From: an uncultured Gemmatimonadales bacterium
Lineage (GTDB): Bacteria; Gemmatimonadota; Gemmatimonadetes; Longimicrobiales; Longimicrobiaceae
DNA length: 64,000 nt
Direction: 5' to 3'
Assembly: GCA_963716255.1 (NCBI GenBank)
Contig: OY970303.1
Location: 7,520,001 to 7,584,000, forward strand
Made by a program: the position numbers and the translations under genes. The notes beneath the pieces were generated by a model. That model saw only the letters and a program-made list of their open reading frames with translations, was not told the origin of the DNA and made no database searches. This document shows, piece by piece, positions 1 through 8,793 of this stretch (position 1 is its first letter; each line of letters begins with the position of its first letter).

Positions 1-4
1 GTTC

Positions 5-1093
5 GTGGGCGGCGACGCGGTACCGCCCGACCTGGTGGAGGAGATGCGGGCCGCCTTCCCCCGCGCCGAGCTGCACGTGCTGTACGGCCCCACGGAGGCC
101 ACGGTGCTCGCCGCCTCGCGGCACGCGGGCGCGGAGCCGCTGCGCGGGCGGGAGATCGGCCGGCCGCTCCCCAACGTGCGCGCCTTCGTGCTGGACGGGG
201 CGGGGGAGCCGGCGCCGGCCGGAACCCCCGGCGAGCTGTACCTGGGCGGCGCCGGCGTCGCCCGCGGCTACCTGGGGCTGCCGGGGACCACGGCGGAGCG
301 CTGGCTCCCCGACCCGTTCTCCGGGGAAGCCGGCGCGCGGCTGTACCGCACCGGCGACCGCGCCCGCTGGCAGACGGACGGCACGCTGGAGTTCCTGGGC
401 CGGACCGACCGGCAGGTCAAGGTTCGCGGCTTCCGCATCGAGCCGGGCGAGGTGGAGGCCGTGCTGCGCGCGCTGCCGGGGGTGCGCGACGCCGTGGTGC
501 TGGCGCGCGAGGACGTCCCGGGCGACGCGCGGCTGGCGGCGTACGTGGTCCCGGAGCCCGGGGCCGCACCCTCCTCCGGGGAGCTGCGGGCCGCGCTCGG
601 CGCCGTGCTCCCCGCGCACATGGTGCCGGGCGCGGTGGTGGCGCTGGACGCGCTCCCGCTCACCCCTTCGGGCAAGGTGGACGTGGCGGCGCTCCCCCCG
701 CCCGGGGCCCCGGAGAGCGACTACGCCGCCCCGCGCACGGCGGTGGAGAAGGTGCTGGCGCGCGACTGGGCCGGGGTGCTTGGAGTGGAGCGCGTGGGGA
801 TCCACGACGACTTCTTCGCGCTGGGCGGCCACTCGCTGCTTGCCGCGCAGCTGGTCGCGCGCCTGCGGCTGCTGCGGGTGGAGGTGCCGGTGCGCCTTGT
901 CTTCGAGGCGCCCACGGTGGCGCGCATGGCGGAGCACGTCGTCCGCGCCGGCGCCCGGCCGGGCGCCGTTGAGGCCGTCGCCGCGGTGCTCCTCCGCGTC
1001 CAGGGGATGTCGGCGGGGGAGAAGCAGGCGGCGCTGAGCGGGCGCCGGGGCGGCCATGCGGCGGAGCCGGAGCGGCCGGTCGGCGCGGGCTAG
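5..1093 (+). CDS. NRPS C-terminal fragment (end of adenylation domain + PCP), partial at 5' window edge
   Basis: A-domain motifs YGPTE, GELYLGG, LYRTGD, QVKVRGFRIEPGE, LTPSGKVD; PCP motif DDFFALGGHSLL; no thioesterase. Confidence 0.95.
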   Translation: MGGDAVPPDLVEEMRAAFPRAELHVLYGPTEATVLAASRHAGAEPLRGREIGRPLPNVRAFVLDGAGEPAPAGTPGELYLGGAGVARGYLGLPGTTAERWLPDPFSGEAGARLYRTGDRARWQTDGTLEFLGRTDRQVKVRGFRIEPGEVEAVLRALPGVRDAVVLAREDVPGDARLAAYVVPEPGAAPSSGELRAALGAVLPAHMVPGAVVALDALPLTPSGKVDVAALPPPGAPESDYAAPRTAVEKVLARDWAGVLGVERVGIHDDFFALGGHSLLAAQLVARLRLLRVEVPVRLVFEAPTVARMAEHVVRAGARPGAVEAVAAVLLRVQGMSAGEKQAALSGRRGGHAAEPERPVGAG

Positions 1094-1191
1094 TGACCCG
1101 GGGCGCCGTGCTGTTGACGCCAGGGGCCTGATCCGGAGCGGCGTGTAGCACCTCTCGCGCTACGCGACGTCCGGGAAAGTCCACGAAGCTC

Positions 1192-1226
1192 TTGCTTTTT
1201 GTGGGCCCTCCCCACTACAGTGTAGC
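1192..1226 (+). promoter_or_regulatory. Putative sigma70 promoter with overlapping palindromic operator of the TA operon
   Basis: TTGCTT-N18-TACAGT; palindrome CTACA-G-TGTAG (1215-1225) overlaps the -10 box. Confidence 0.45.
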
Positions 1227-1258
1227 GGGCGCGCGATTGGATTTCACCCGGAGGACGC

Positions 1259-1795
1259 ATGGCGGCCAGGAAGAAGCCGGATCCCGCGGAAGGCGGACCC
1301 TCCGGGGGCGGTGCCCGGCCACGCCGCATGGTGCGTGAGCTGAAGGAGGGATACATGACCGACGTGGACGCCACGCTGCGGGCCTTCCAGCCCGACCGCG
1401 GGATCGCAGTCATCGAGTACGGGCGCGAGCGTCAGCGCTTCACCCGCGAGAGGACCCCCGAACAGGTGATCGCCATGGCCGACTACCACCGCGCCCGCCA
1501 CGGCTTCGCCAGCGACCAGGAGCTCGCCGGCGTGCTGGGCGTGCACCGCACGCGGCTCGCCGCGTGGAAGCAGGGCAGCGAGGTGCCCCGCCCGGAGAAC
1601 TCGCAGCTGCTTTCCCACCTCGCCGTGGTGGTGCAGGAGCTGGAGCGCTTCCTCGACCCCGAGGTGATCGGCGACTGGCTCCTGGGCGAGCAGCTCGCCC
1701 TGGGCGGGCGGACCCCGGTGGAGGCGTTGCGCGACGGCCGCCTCGCCGAGGTGCTCCAGCTCGCCAACGCGACGGAGCACGGCGCGTACGCCTGA
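1259..1795 (+). CDS. Antitoxin, Xre/MbcA/ParS-like (HTH + C-terminal toxin-binding domain)
   Basis: HTH SDQELAGVLGVHRTRLAAWK; C-terminal WL...LGGRTPVEALRDGR...V signature; stop overlaps toxin start (TGATG). Confidence 0.85.
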   Translation: MAARKKPDPAEGGPSGGGARPRRMVRELKEGYMTDVDATLRAFQPDRGIAVIEYGRERQRFTRERTPEQVIAMADYHRARHGFASDQELAGVLGVHRTRLAAWKQGSEVPRPENSQLLSHLAVVVQELERFLDPEVIGDWLLGEQLALGGRTPVEALRDGRLAEVLQLANATEHGAYA

Positions 1796-2442
1796 TGGCG
1801 GCGCCCGCCGCGGGCCTCCGCGGGCCGTTCTGGAGGGTGTTCCCCTGGGACCCTTCCGCGCCGCCTGGGGACCCGTACACCCCTCAGTACGTTCTCCCCT
1901 CCGGCGCACAGACCGGCGGACGCTTCGACCTGGGCGATCCGTCGGTGCTCTACCTGGCGCTCGACGACCCCTCGCACGCGCTCGCCGAGGTGCTGCAGTA
2001 CCTGCGCGGGCGGCGCGAGCTGCGCGCCGCCCACCTCGTCCGCAGGGACCGCGGGGGTGCCGCGCACCCGCTGGCCCTGGTGGAAACCTGGCTTCCCGCC
2101 GGGCTGTACGACGACCTTCCCGACCTGGGCGACCCCGCCGTCCTGCTGCGCCTCGGCGTGCGGGCCGACGAGCCGGCCTCGCGCGACCGTGCCGTGACGC
2201 AGCGCATCTCCCGCGCGCTGCACGACGCCCACGGCGTCGCCGGCTTCCGCTGGTGGTCGGCGTTCCGCGGCGACTGGCACGTGGCCACCCTGTTCATGGA
2301 CCGGGTGGACCCGTTCGCGGTCCGCTACGGCGCCCCCGATCCGCTCCACCTTCGGCACCCGGTGGTCCACGCCGCCGCCCGCGAGCTGAAGCTGCACGTG
2401 CACGGGCGGGCGCCTTCCCCGGCCGCCGCCGCGCTCCCCTGA
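1795..2442 (+). CDS. RES-domain toxin
   Basis: WRV, GGRFD..VLYLA..ALAE, TQRISRAL..GFRWWS pattern (R, E, S residues); translationally coupled to antitoxin. Confidence 0.8.
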   Translation: MAAPAAGLRGPFWRVFPWDPSAPPGDPYTPQYVLPSGAQTGGRFDLGDPSVLYLALDDPSHALAEVLQYLRGRRELRAAHLVRRDRGGAAHPLALVETWLPAGLYDDLPDLGDPAVLLRLGVRADEPASRDRAVTQRISRALHDAHGVAGFRWWSAFRGDWHVATLFMDRVDPFAVRYGAPDPLHLRHPVVHAAARELKLHVHGRAPSPAAAALP

Positions 2443-2483
2443 CCCCCGGGCGCCCGCTCGAGCCCGCCGCCGCGCCGGAGCCT

Positions 2484-2609
2484 GCGTGAGGGATGCGAGC
2501 GCGAAGCGGCGAGACCCGCGGCTGTTTGCGGGGCTCGCCTCCGTTGCAAACGGTAGTATCGTTTGCTACGGAGCCGCAGCCCGACCCCGGCGCAGCCGGG
2601 GGCACGCCC
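2484..2609 (+). repeat. ~130-nt structured repeat, copy 1
   Basis: GCGTGAGGGAT...CTCCGTT..TACGGAG...GGGGCACGCCC shared with 12 other copies. Confidence 0.95.
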
Positions 2610-2647
2610 GAGCCCTGCCGTCCAACCCGCCTCAACCTGGATCCGGA

Positions 2648-4888
2648 ATGAGACCACTCCTGGCCCTGCTCCTGGCCGTGCTCCTCGCCCCCGCCGCGCG
2701 GGCGCAGGGCTCCGCCACCCTCACCCTGGACCGCATCTTCTCCGGCGAGCTCGCCCCCGACTACCCGGGCCAGGCGCGCTGGATGCCGGACGGCGGCGCC
2801 TACACCATGCTGGAGCCCTCCCCGCGCGTCGCGGGCGCGGACGAGCTGGTGCGCTACGACGCGGCCGGCGGCGCGCGCAGCGTCCTGGTTCCCGCCGAGC
2901 GGCTGGTCCCTCCCGGCGGGGACCGGCCGCTGTCCGTGGACGACTACCAGTGGTCTCCGGACGGGCGGCGCCTGCTGGTGTTCACCAACACCGCGCGCGT
3001 GTGGCGCGCCGATACCCGCGGCGACTACTGGGTGCTGGACCTGCAGGGTGGCGCGCTCCGCAGGCTGGGCGGCGACGCGGCCCCCTCCACGCTGATGTTC
3101 GCCAAGTTCTCCCCCGAAGGGGGGCGCGTGGCCTACGTGCGAGAGAACGACCTGTACGTGGAGGAGCTGTCCGCCGGGGCCGTCACCCGGCTCACGCGAG
3201 ACGGCTCGCGCACCACCATCAACGGCACCTTCGACTGGCTGTACGAGGAGGAGTTCGGGCTGCGGGACGGCTTCCGCTGGAGCCCGGACGGGCGGCGCAT
3301 CGCCTTCTGGCAGCTGGACGCCTCCGGCGTGCGCGACTTCTACCTGGTCAACAACACCGATTCGCTGTACTCGCGCGTCATCCCCGTGCAGTACCCCAAG
3401 GCGGGGACCACCAACTCCGCCGTGCGCGTGGGCGTGGTGGACGCCGCGGGCGGCCCCGCCCGCTGGCTGGAGCTCCCCGGCGACCCGCGCAACGTGTACG
3501 TGGCCCGGATGGAGTGGGCCGCCGGCTCCGACGAGGTGGTCCTCCAGCACCTCAACCGCCACCAGAACACCCTCCAGGTGATGCTCGGCGACGCGCGCAC
3601 CGGCCGGGTCCGCACCGTGCTCGCGGAGCGCGACAGCGCCTGGGTGGACGTGGTGGACGACCTGCACTGGCTGGGCGGCGGCGAGCGCTTCACCTGGGTC
3701 AGCGAGCGCGACGGGTGGCGCCGTGTCTACCTGGTGTCCCGCGACGGGCGGACCGTGGCGCCGGTGACGCCCGCCGGGGTGGACGTGATGTCGGTGGCGG
3801 GGGTGGACGGGCGCGGCGGGTGGCTGTACTACGTGGCCTCGCCGGACGACGCCACGCAGCGCTTCCTGTTCCGCGCGCGGCTGGACGGCCGCGGCGCCCC
3901 GGAGCGCCTCACGCCGGCCGGCGCGGGCGGGACGCACGAGTACGACATCGCCCCCGGCTTCCGCTGGGCGCTCCACGCGGGCTCCGCCATGGGCGACCCG
4001 CCGCGCGTGGACCTGCTGCGGCTCCCCGGGCACAGGGTGGAGCGCACGCTGGTCTCCAACGACTCGCTGCGGGCGCGGCTGGCGGGGCTCGCCGGCGGGC
4101 GGGGCGAGTTCTTCCGGGTGGACGTGGGCGGGGGCGTGGAGCTGGACGGGTGGATGCTCAAGCCCCCCGGCTTCGACCCGTCCCGGCGCTACCCGGTGCT
4201 CTTCCACGTGTACGGCGAGCCGGCGTCGGTCACGGTGACGGACGCGTGGGGTGGGCGCGACTACCTGTGGCACCGGATGCTGGCGCAGCGGGGCTACCTG
4301 GTGGTCAGCGTCGACAACCGCGGCACCCCGGCACCCCGGGGGCGGGCGTGGCGCAAGGGGGTGTACCGCCGGGTGGGCGAGCTGTCCTCCGCCGACCAGG
4401 CGGGGGCGGCGCGCGTGGTCCGGGGCTGGTCGTTCGTGGACTCCGCGCGGGTGGGCATCTGGGGGTGGAGCGGGGGAGGGTCGCAGACGCTCAACGCCCT
4501 GTTCCGCTACCCGGAGCTGTACCGCACCGGGATCGCCGTGGCGCCCGTGCCCGACATGCGCTACTACGACACCGCGTACCAGGAGCGCTACATGGGGCTC
4601 CCGCAGGAAAACCCGGAGGCGTACCGCATGGGCTCGCCCATCACCTTCGCGGACCGGCTGCGCGGCGACCTCCTGCTGGTGCACGGCACCGGCGACGACA
4701 ACGTGCACTACCAGGGCACCGAGGCGCTGATCAACGCCCTGGTGGCAGCGGGGAAGCCGTTCGAGATGATGGCGTACCCGAACCGGACCCACGGGATCTA
4801 CGAGGGCAGGGGCACGTCGCGGCACCTGTACGAGCTGTTCACCCGGTATTTGGCCGAGCACCTTCCGGCGGGTCCGGCTGCGAACTGA
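2648..4888 (+). CDS. S9B dipeptidyl-peptidase IV family peptidase, secreted
   Basis: Signal peptide; NGTFDWLYEEEF; catalytic GWSGGG, DDNVH and terminal H (RTHGI). Confidence 0.95.
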   Translation: MRPLLALLLAVLLAPAARAQGSATLTLDRIFSGELAPDYPGQARWMPDGGAYTMLEPSPRVAGADELVRYDAAGGARSVLVPAERLVPPGGDRPLSVDDYQWSPDGRRLLVFTNTARVWRADTRGDYWVLDLQGGALRRLGGDAAPSTLMFAKFSPEGGRVAYVRENDLYVEELSAGAVTRLTRDGSRTTINGTFDWLYEEEFGLRDGFRWSPDGRRIAFWQLDASGVRDFYLVNNTDSLYSRVIPVQYPKAGTTNSAVRVGVVDAAGGPARWLELPGDPRNVYVARMEWAAGSDEVVLQHLNRHQNTLQVMLGDARTGRVRTVLAERDSAWVDVVDDLHWLGGGERFTWVSERDGWRRVYLVSRDGRTVAPVTPAGVDVMSVAGVDGRGGWLYYVASPDDATQRFLFRARLDGRGAPERLTPAGAGGTHEYDIAPGFRWALHAGSAMGDPPRVDLLRLPGHRVERTLVSNDSLRARLAGLAGGRGEFFRVDVGGGVELDGWMLKPPGFDPSRRYPVLFHVYGEPASVTVTDAWGGRDYLWHRMLAQRGYLVVSVDNRGTPAPRGRAWRKGVYRRVGELSSADQAGAARVVRGWSFVDSARVGIWGWSGGGSQTLNALFRYPELYRTGIAVAPVPDMRYYDTAYQERYMGLPQENPEAYRMGSPITFADRLRGDLLLVHGTGDDNVHYQGTEALINALVAAGKPFEMMAYPNRTHGIYEGRGTSRHLYELFTRYLAEHLPAGPAAN

Positions 4889-4917
4889 ACGGCTACGGCT
4901 ACGTATACGGCGGGGTC

Positions 4918-5044
4918 GGGCGTGCCCCCGCTGGCGCGGGGTCGGGCTTCGGCTCCGTAGCAGACGAAACAACCGTCTGCAACGGAGTCGAGCCCGCGCA
5001 AACAGCCGCGCGGTCTCGCCCCTTCGGGCCGAAATCCCTCACGC
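4918..5044 (-). repeat. ~130-nt structured repeat, copy 2
   Basis: Reverse complement of the consensus element. Confidence 0.95.
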
Positions 5045-5127
5045 GGGGATCGCGCTGGCGTCGGCCGGGAGGGGCGTCCGCGGGGCGCCATCTCCCGCGC
5101 GGGGCGGCGGCGCGGTACATTGGCGCG

Positions 5128-6057
5128 ATGGACAACCTGACGCACACGCTGGTGGGCGCCGCGCTGGGCGAGGCGGGGCTGAAGCGGCGCACCGCGCTCG
5201 CCACGCCGACGCTGCTGGTGGGCGCGAACCTCCCGGACGTGGACGCCGCCGCCTACCTGTGGGGCGGGCTGGTCGCGCTGGAGTGGCGCCGCGGCTGGAC
5301 GCACGGGGTGCTCGCGTGGGCGGTGCTGCCGCTGCTCCTCGCGGGCGCGGTGCTGGGGGTGGCGCGGCTGGCCGAGCGGCGCGGCTGGCGCCCGGAGCGC
5401 CCCGTCCGCCCCCGCCAGATCCTCCTCCTCGCTTCCCTCGCCGTGTGGTCGCACCCGTTCCTGGACTGGCTGAACAGCTACGGCGTGCGCCTGCTGATGC
5501 CGTTCTCGCGGCGCTGGTTCTACGGCGACACGCTCTTCATCGTGGACCCCTGGCTCCTGCTGGTGCTGGGGCTGGGCATAGCGCTCGCGCGGCGGCGGGC
5601 GGGGAAGGGTAGCCCCGCCGCAGCCCGCCCGGCTCGCCTGGCGCTCGCCGCCGCGGCCGCGTACGTCGTCCTCGGCTTCGCCGGCACGCAGGTCGCCAGG
5701 CGCACCGTGGAGGCCGCGGTGCCCGGCGCCGCGCGCGTCCTCGCCGGCCCGGTGATGCTCGACCCGCTCCGCCGCGAGCTGCTGGTGGAGGAGGGCGCGG
5801 GGTACCGCCCGGGGAGTTTCGGGCTGCTCCCGGGCCGCGGCTGGACGCTGGACGCCGCCGCCATCGCCACCGCGGCCGACGGCCCCGCCGCCCGCCTCGC
5901 CCGTGCCACGCCCGAGGGAAGCGCCTTCCTCCGCTGGGCGCGCTTCCCCTACTTCCGCGCCGAGGGCGACACCCTGCGCATCCTCGACGCGCGCTACTTC
6001 GGCCCGCGAGGCGCCTGGGCCAGCGTGGCGATCCCGTTCGGGGACGGCAGGGAATAG
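5128..6057 (+). CDS. YdjM/LexA-binding family inner-membrane metal-dependent hydrolase
   Basis: MDNLTHTL, ANLPDVD, RGWTH, SHPFLDWLNSYG motifs; TACATT 6 nt before the ATG suggests a leaderless transcript. Confidence 0.9.
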   Translation: MDNLTHTLVGAALGEAGLKRRTALATPTLLVGANLPDVDAAAYLWGGLVALEWRRGWTHGVLAWAVLPLLLAGAVLGVARLAERRGWRPERPVRPRQILLLASLAVWSHPFLDWLNSYGVRLLMPFSRRWFYGDTLFIVDPWLLLVLGLGIALARRRAGKGSPAAARPARLALAAAAAYVVLGFAGTQVARRTVEAAVPGAARVLAGPVMLDPLRRELLVEEGAGYRPGSFGLLPGRGWTLDAAAIATAADGPAARLARATPEGSAFLRWARFPYFRAEGDTLRILDARYFGPRGAWASVAIPFGDGRE

Positions 6058-6257
6058 CGGACAGGGAACAGCCGGCTTCATCCGGTGCACGCGAAGCGTG
6101 CAGCGCCACGGCGGACCCCCTCCCCCGGCCCATCCCCGCAAGGGGAGAGGGAGAGGAAGACGACACCGAGGTACAGGCAGCCCTCGCCCGCTTGCGGGGG
6201 AGGGTGGCGAGCCCCGGCGAGCCGGGTGGGGGCCCGGCGGACGCCAGCGCGATGCCC

Positions 6258-6390
6258 GCGTGAGGGATTTCGGCCCGAAGGGGCGAGACCCCGCGGGGCA
6301 GTTTCCGCGGGGGCTCGACTCCGTTAGGCAGCGTTGTTTGCTGCCTTACGGAGCCGAAGCCCGACCCCGGCGCCAGCCGGGGGCACGCCC
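6258..6390 (+). repeat. ~130-nt structured repeat, copy 3
   Basis: Full consensus match. Confidence 0.95.
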
Positions 6391-6419
6391 AACCCTCCCT
6401 TCACACCATCCGTTGAATA

Positions 6420-7556
6420 ATGCCGACGTACGATGTGATCGTGCTGGGCGCTGGAGCCATGGGAAGCGCGGCGGCGTACCGGCTCGCCCGCCGCGGAGCC
6501 CGCGTGCTCGCGCTGGACGCCCACGCGCCGCCGCACCGGCTGGGCTCCACGCACGGCGGCACGCGCATCATCCGCGAGGCGTACTTCGAGCACCCGCTCT
6601 ACGTCCCGCTGGTGCGGCGCGCGTACGAGGCGTGGGCGGAGGTGGAGGAGGAGAGCGGGCGCACGCTGTACGTCCGGACGGGTGGGATGATGGTGGGGCC
6701 GGAGGACGGCGCGCTGGTCGCGGGCGCGCGGGCCAGCGCGCTGGAGCACGGCATCCCGCACGAGCTGCTGCAGGCGGACGAGGTGCGGCGGGCGTACCCG
6801 CACTTCCGGGTGCCGGACGGCATGGCGGCGCTGCTGGAGCACCGCGCCGGCATCCTCTTCCCGGAGGCGTGCGTGGAGACGCACCTGTCGCTCGCGCGGG
6901 CGCACGGCGCCGAGGTGCGCACCGGCGAGGCGGCGTCCGGGTGGACGGCGGACGGCGCGGGCGTCGCCGTCACGACCGCGGCCGGCATGTACCACGCGGA
7001 GCGGCTGGTGCTCGCGGCGGGGCCGTGGATGCCGGAGCTCCTCGCAGGGCTGGCGCTCCCGCTCCAGGTGGAGCGGCAGACCTTCCACTGGTACCGCCCG
7101 GCGGAGGCATCGGAGGCGTTCGGCCCCGCCCGCTGCCCCATCGCGATCTGGGAGCACGCGCCCGGCCGCTTCGTCGCCACCTTCCCGGACTTCGGCGACG
7201 GCGTCAAGGCGCAGGTCCACCACGAGGGCGCCCTCACCACGGCGGCCGGCGTCGCGCGCGACACCACCCCGGACGACGAGGCGCCGGTGCGGGAGCTGCT
7301 GCGCCGCTTCCTCCCCGGGGCGGCCGGCGCGCTCGCCGGCACCTCCGTCTGCCTGTACACCAACACGCCGGACGGTCACTTCGTGCTGGACCGCCACCCG
7401 GCGAGCCCGCGCGTGGTGGTTGCAAGCCCGTGCTCCGGGCACGGCTTCAAGTTCTCCAGCGCCATCGGCGAGGCCGTCGCCGCGCTGGCGCTGGACGAGC
7501 CCTTTCCGCTGGACCTGTCCGCGTTCGCCATCGCCCGCTTCGCGCCCGGCCCCTGA
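6420..7556 (+). CDS. solA: N-methyl-L-tryptophan/monomeric sarcosine oxidase family flavoprotein
   Basis: GAGAMGSAA FAD motif, GSTHGGTRIIREAY, CLYTNTPDGHF, SGHGFKF. Confidence 0.85.
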   Translation: MPTYDVIVLGAGAMGSAAAYRLARRGARVLALDAHAPPHRLGSTHGGTRIIREAYFEHPLYVPLVRRAYEAWAEVEEESGRTLYVRTGGMMVGPEDGALVAGARASALEHGIPHELLQADEVRRAYPHFRVPDGMAALLEHRAGILFPEACVETHLSLARAHGAEVRTGEAASGWTADGAGVAVTTAAGMYHAERLVLAAGPWMPELLAGLALPLQVERQTFHWYRPAEASEAFGPARCPIAIWEHAPGRFVATFPDFGDGVKAQVHHEGALTTAAGVARDTTPDDEAPVRELLRRFLPGAAGALAGTSVCLYTNTPDGHFVLDRHPASPRVVVASPCSGHGFKFSSAIGEAVAALALDEPFPLDLSAFAIARFAPGP

Positions 7557-7662
7557 TCGCCGGATCCGCCCTGCACGGCGGCGCGTGTCCCACGCGAAAG
7601 GCGCCCCGGTCCGGATCTCCCGGCGGGACGCCTTTGGCGTGCTCCGTACTGCCGTTCCCTCG

Positions 7663-8793
7663 CTATGCCGCCCCGGCCAGCCCCGCGACCCAGGCGTGCC
7701 GCCGCGCCCAGAACGGCCGGTCCGCCCAGCGCGCCTCGTAGGCGTAGAACTCGGCGCGGCTGCGGACGTAGGCGCCGTGAACCTCCCGGAGCCGGTGCGC
7801 GTACCCGGCCAGCGCGGACCCGTCGCCGTCCAGGCGGGCGTGCAGCGCCTGCCCCGCCAGCATCCCGGTGTACAGCGCCGTCCGGATCCCCTGCGACGAC
7901 AGCGGGTCGTACGACACCGCGGCGTCCCCGGCCGCCACCCAGCCGGGGCCGGTGAAGCGGTCCAGCCGCGCGCTCCCGGCGTCCGCGCCGCGCGGGCGCC
8001 CGCGCAGCGCGAAGCCCCACGCGTCCAGGGCGGCGCGCACGTGGGCCGTGCCCTCCACCCGCCGCGTGAAGCCGTCGGGCGAAAGGAGGCCGGCGCGGTC
8101 CGCCAGGTCGGCGTCGGTGAGAAAGGCCACGACCCGCTCGCCGGACGGCACCAGCGCCGTGTACCACCACCCGTCCGGCGCCGCCTCCACCAGCGTGCGG
8201 CCGTCCCGGTCCCCCTCCCGCGCCGGGCGGAAGCGGGCGTGAAAGGCCACCAGCGCGTCGTCGTGCAGGCGCGCGGCGCCCCCCCGGCGGGCCACCGCGG
8301 CGCGGCGGCCGGTGGCGTCCACCAGCCAGCCGCAGCGCGCCTCCACGGGGCCCCCCTCCCCCGACAGCGCGATGCGCCATCCCCCGGCCGGGTCGGGCTC
8401 GGCGGCGGCCAGGCGGGTCCCGGCGCGGAGCTCCGCGCCGGCCAGGCGGGCGGCGTCGCGCAGCCCCGCGTCGAAGCGGGCGCGGTCCAGGTGCCAGCCG
8501 TGCCCGTCCAGCCCGAAGAAGAAGTCGGTGGCGTGCAGCGCGGGGGAGCCCCAGGCGGACAGGTTCCCGTGGCAGGGGAGGTGGCCGTCCGCCAGGAACG
8601 CGTCCAGCACGCCCAGGTTGCGCAGGAGCGGGCGCCCCGCGGGGGGGAGCGCCTCCCCCACCCGGAACGCTCCCGCGGGGGAGTCGTCCAGGAGGAGGAC
8701 GCGGCGGCCCCCGCGCGCGAGCGCGAGGGCCGCCGCCGCTCCGGCCGGGCCGCCGCCGGCGACCACGGCCTCGAAGCGTGGGGATCCGGTCAC
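7663..8793 (-). CDS. LodB/GoxB-like FAD-dependent oxidoreductase (CTQ maturation)
   Basis: VAGGGPAG, GEALPP, GWHLDRARFD, DATGR, AGDAA..DPLSSQGI; GTG start overlaps the LodA stop. Confidence 0.85.
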   Translation of the reverse strand: MTGSPRFEAVVAGGGPAGAAAALALARGGRRVLLLDDSPAGAFRVGEALPPAGRPLLRNLGVLDAFLADGHLPCHGNLSAWGSPALHATDFFFGLDGHGWHLDRARFDAGLRDAARLAGAELRAGTRLAAAEPDPAGGWRIALSGEGGPVEARCGWLVDATGRRAAVARRGGAARLHDDALVAFHARFRPAREGDRDGRTLVEAAPDGWWYTALVPSGERVVAFLTDADLADRAGLLSPDGFTRRVEGTAHVRAALDAWGFALRGRPRGADAGSARLDRFTGPGWVAAGDAAVSYDPLSSQGIRTALYTGMLAGQALHARLDGDGSALAGYAHRLREVHGAYVRSRAEFYAYEARWADRPFWARRHAWVAGLAGAA

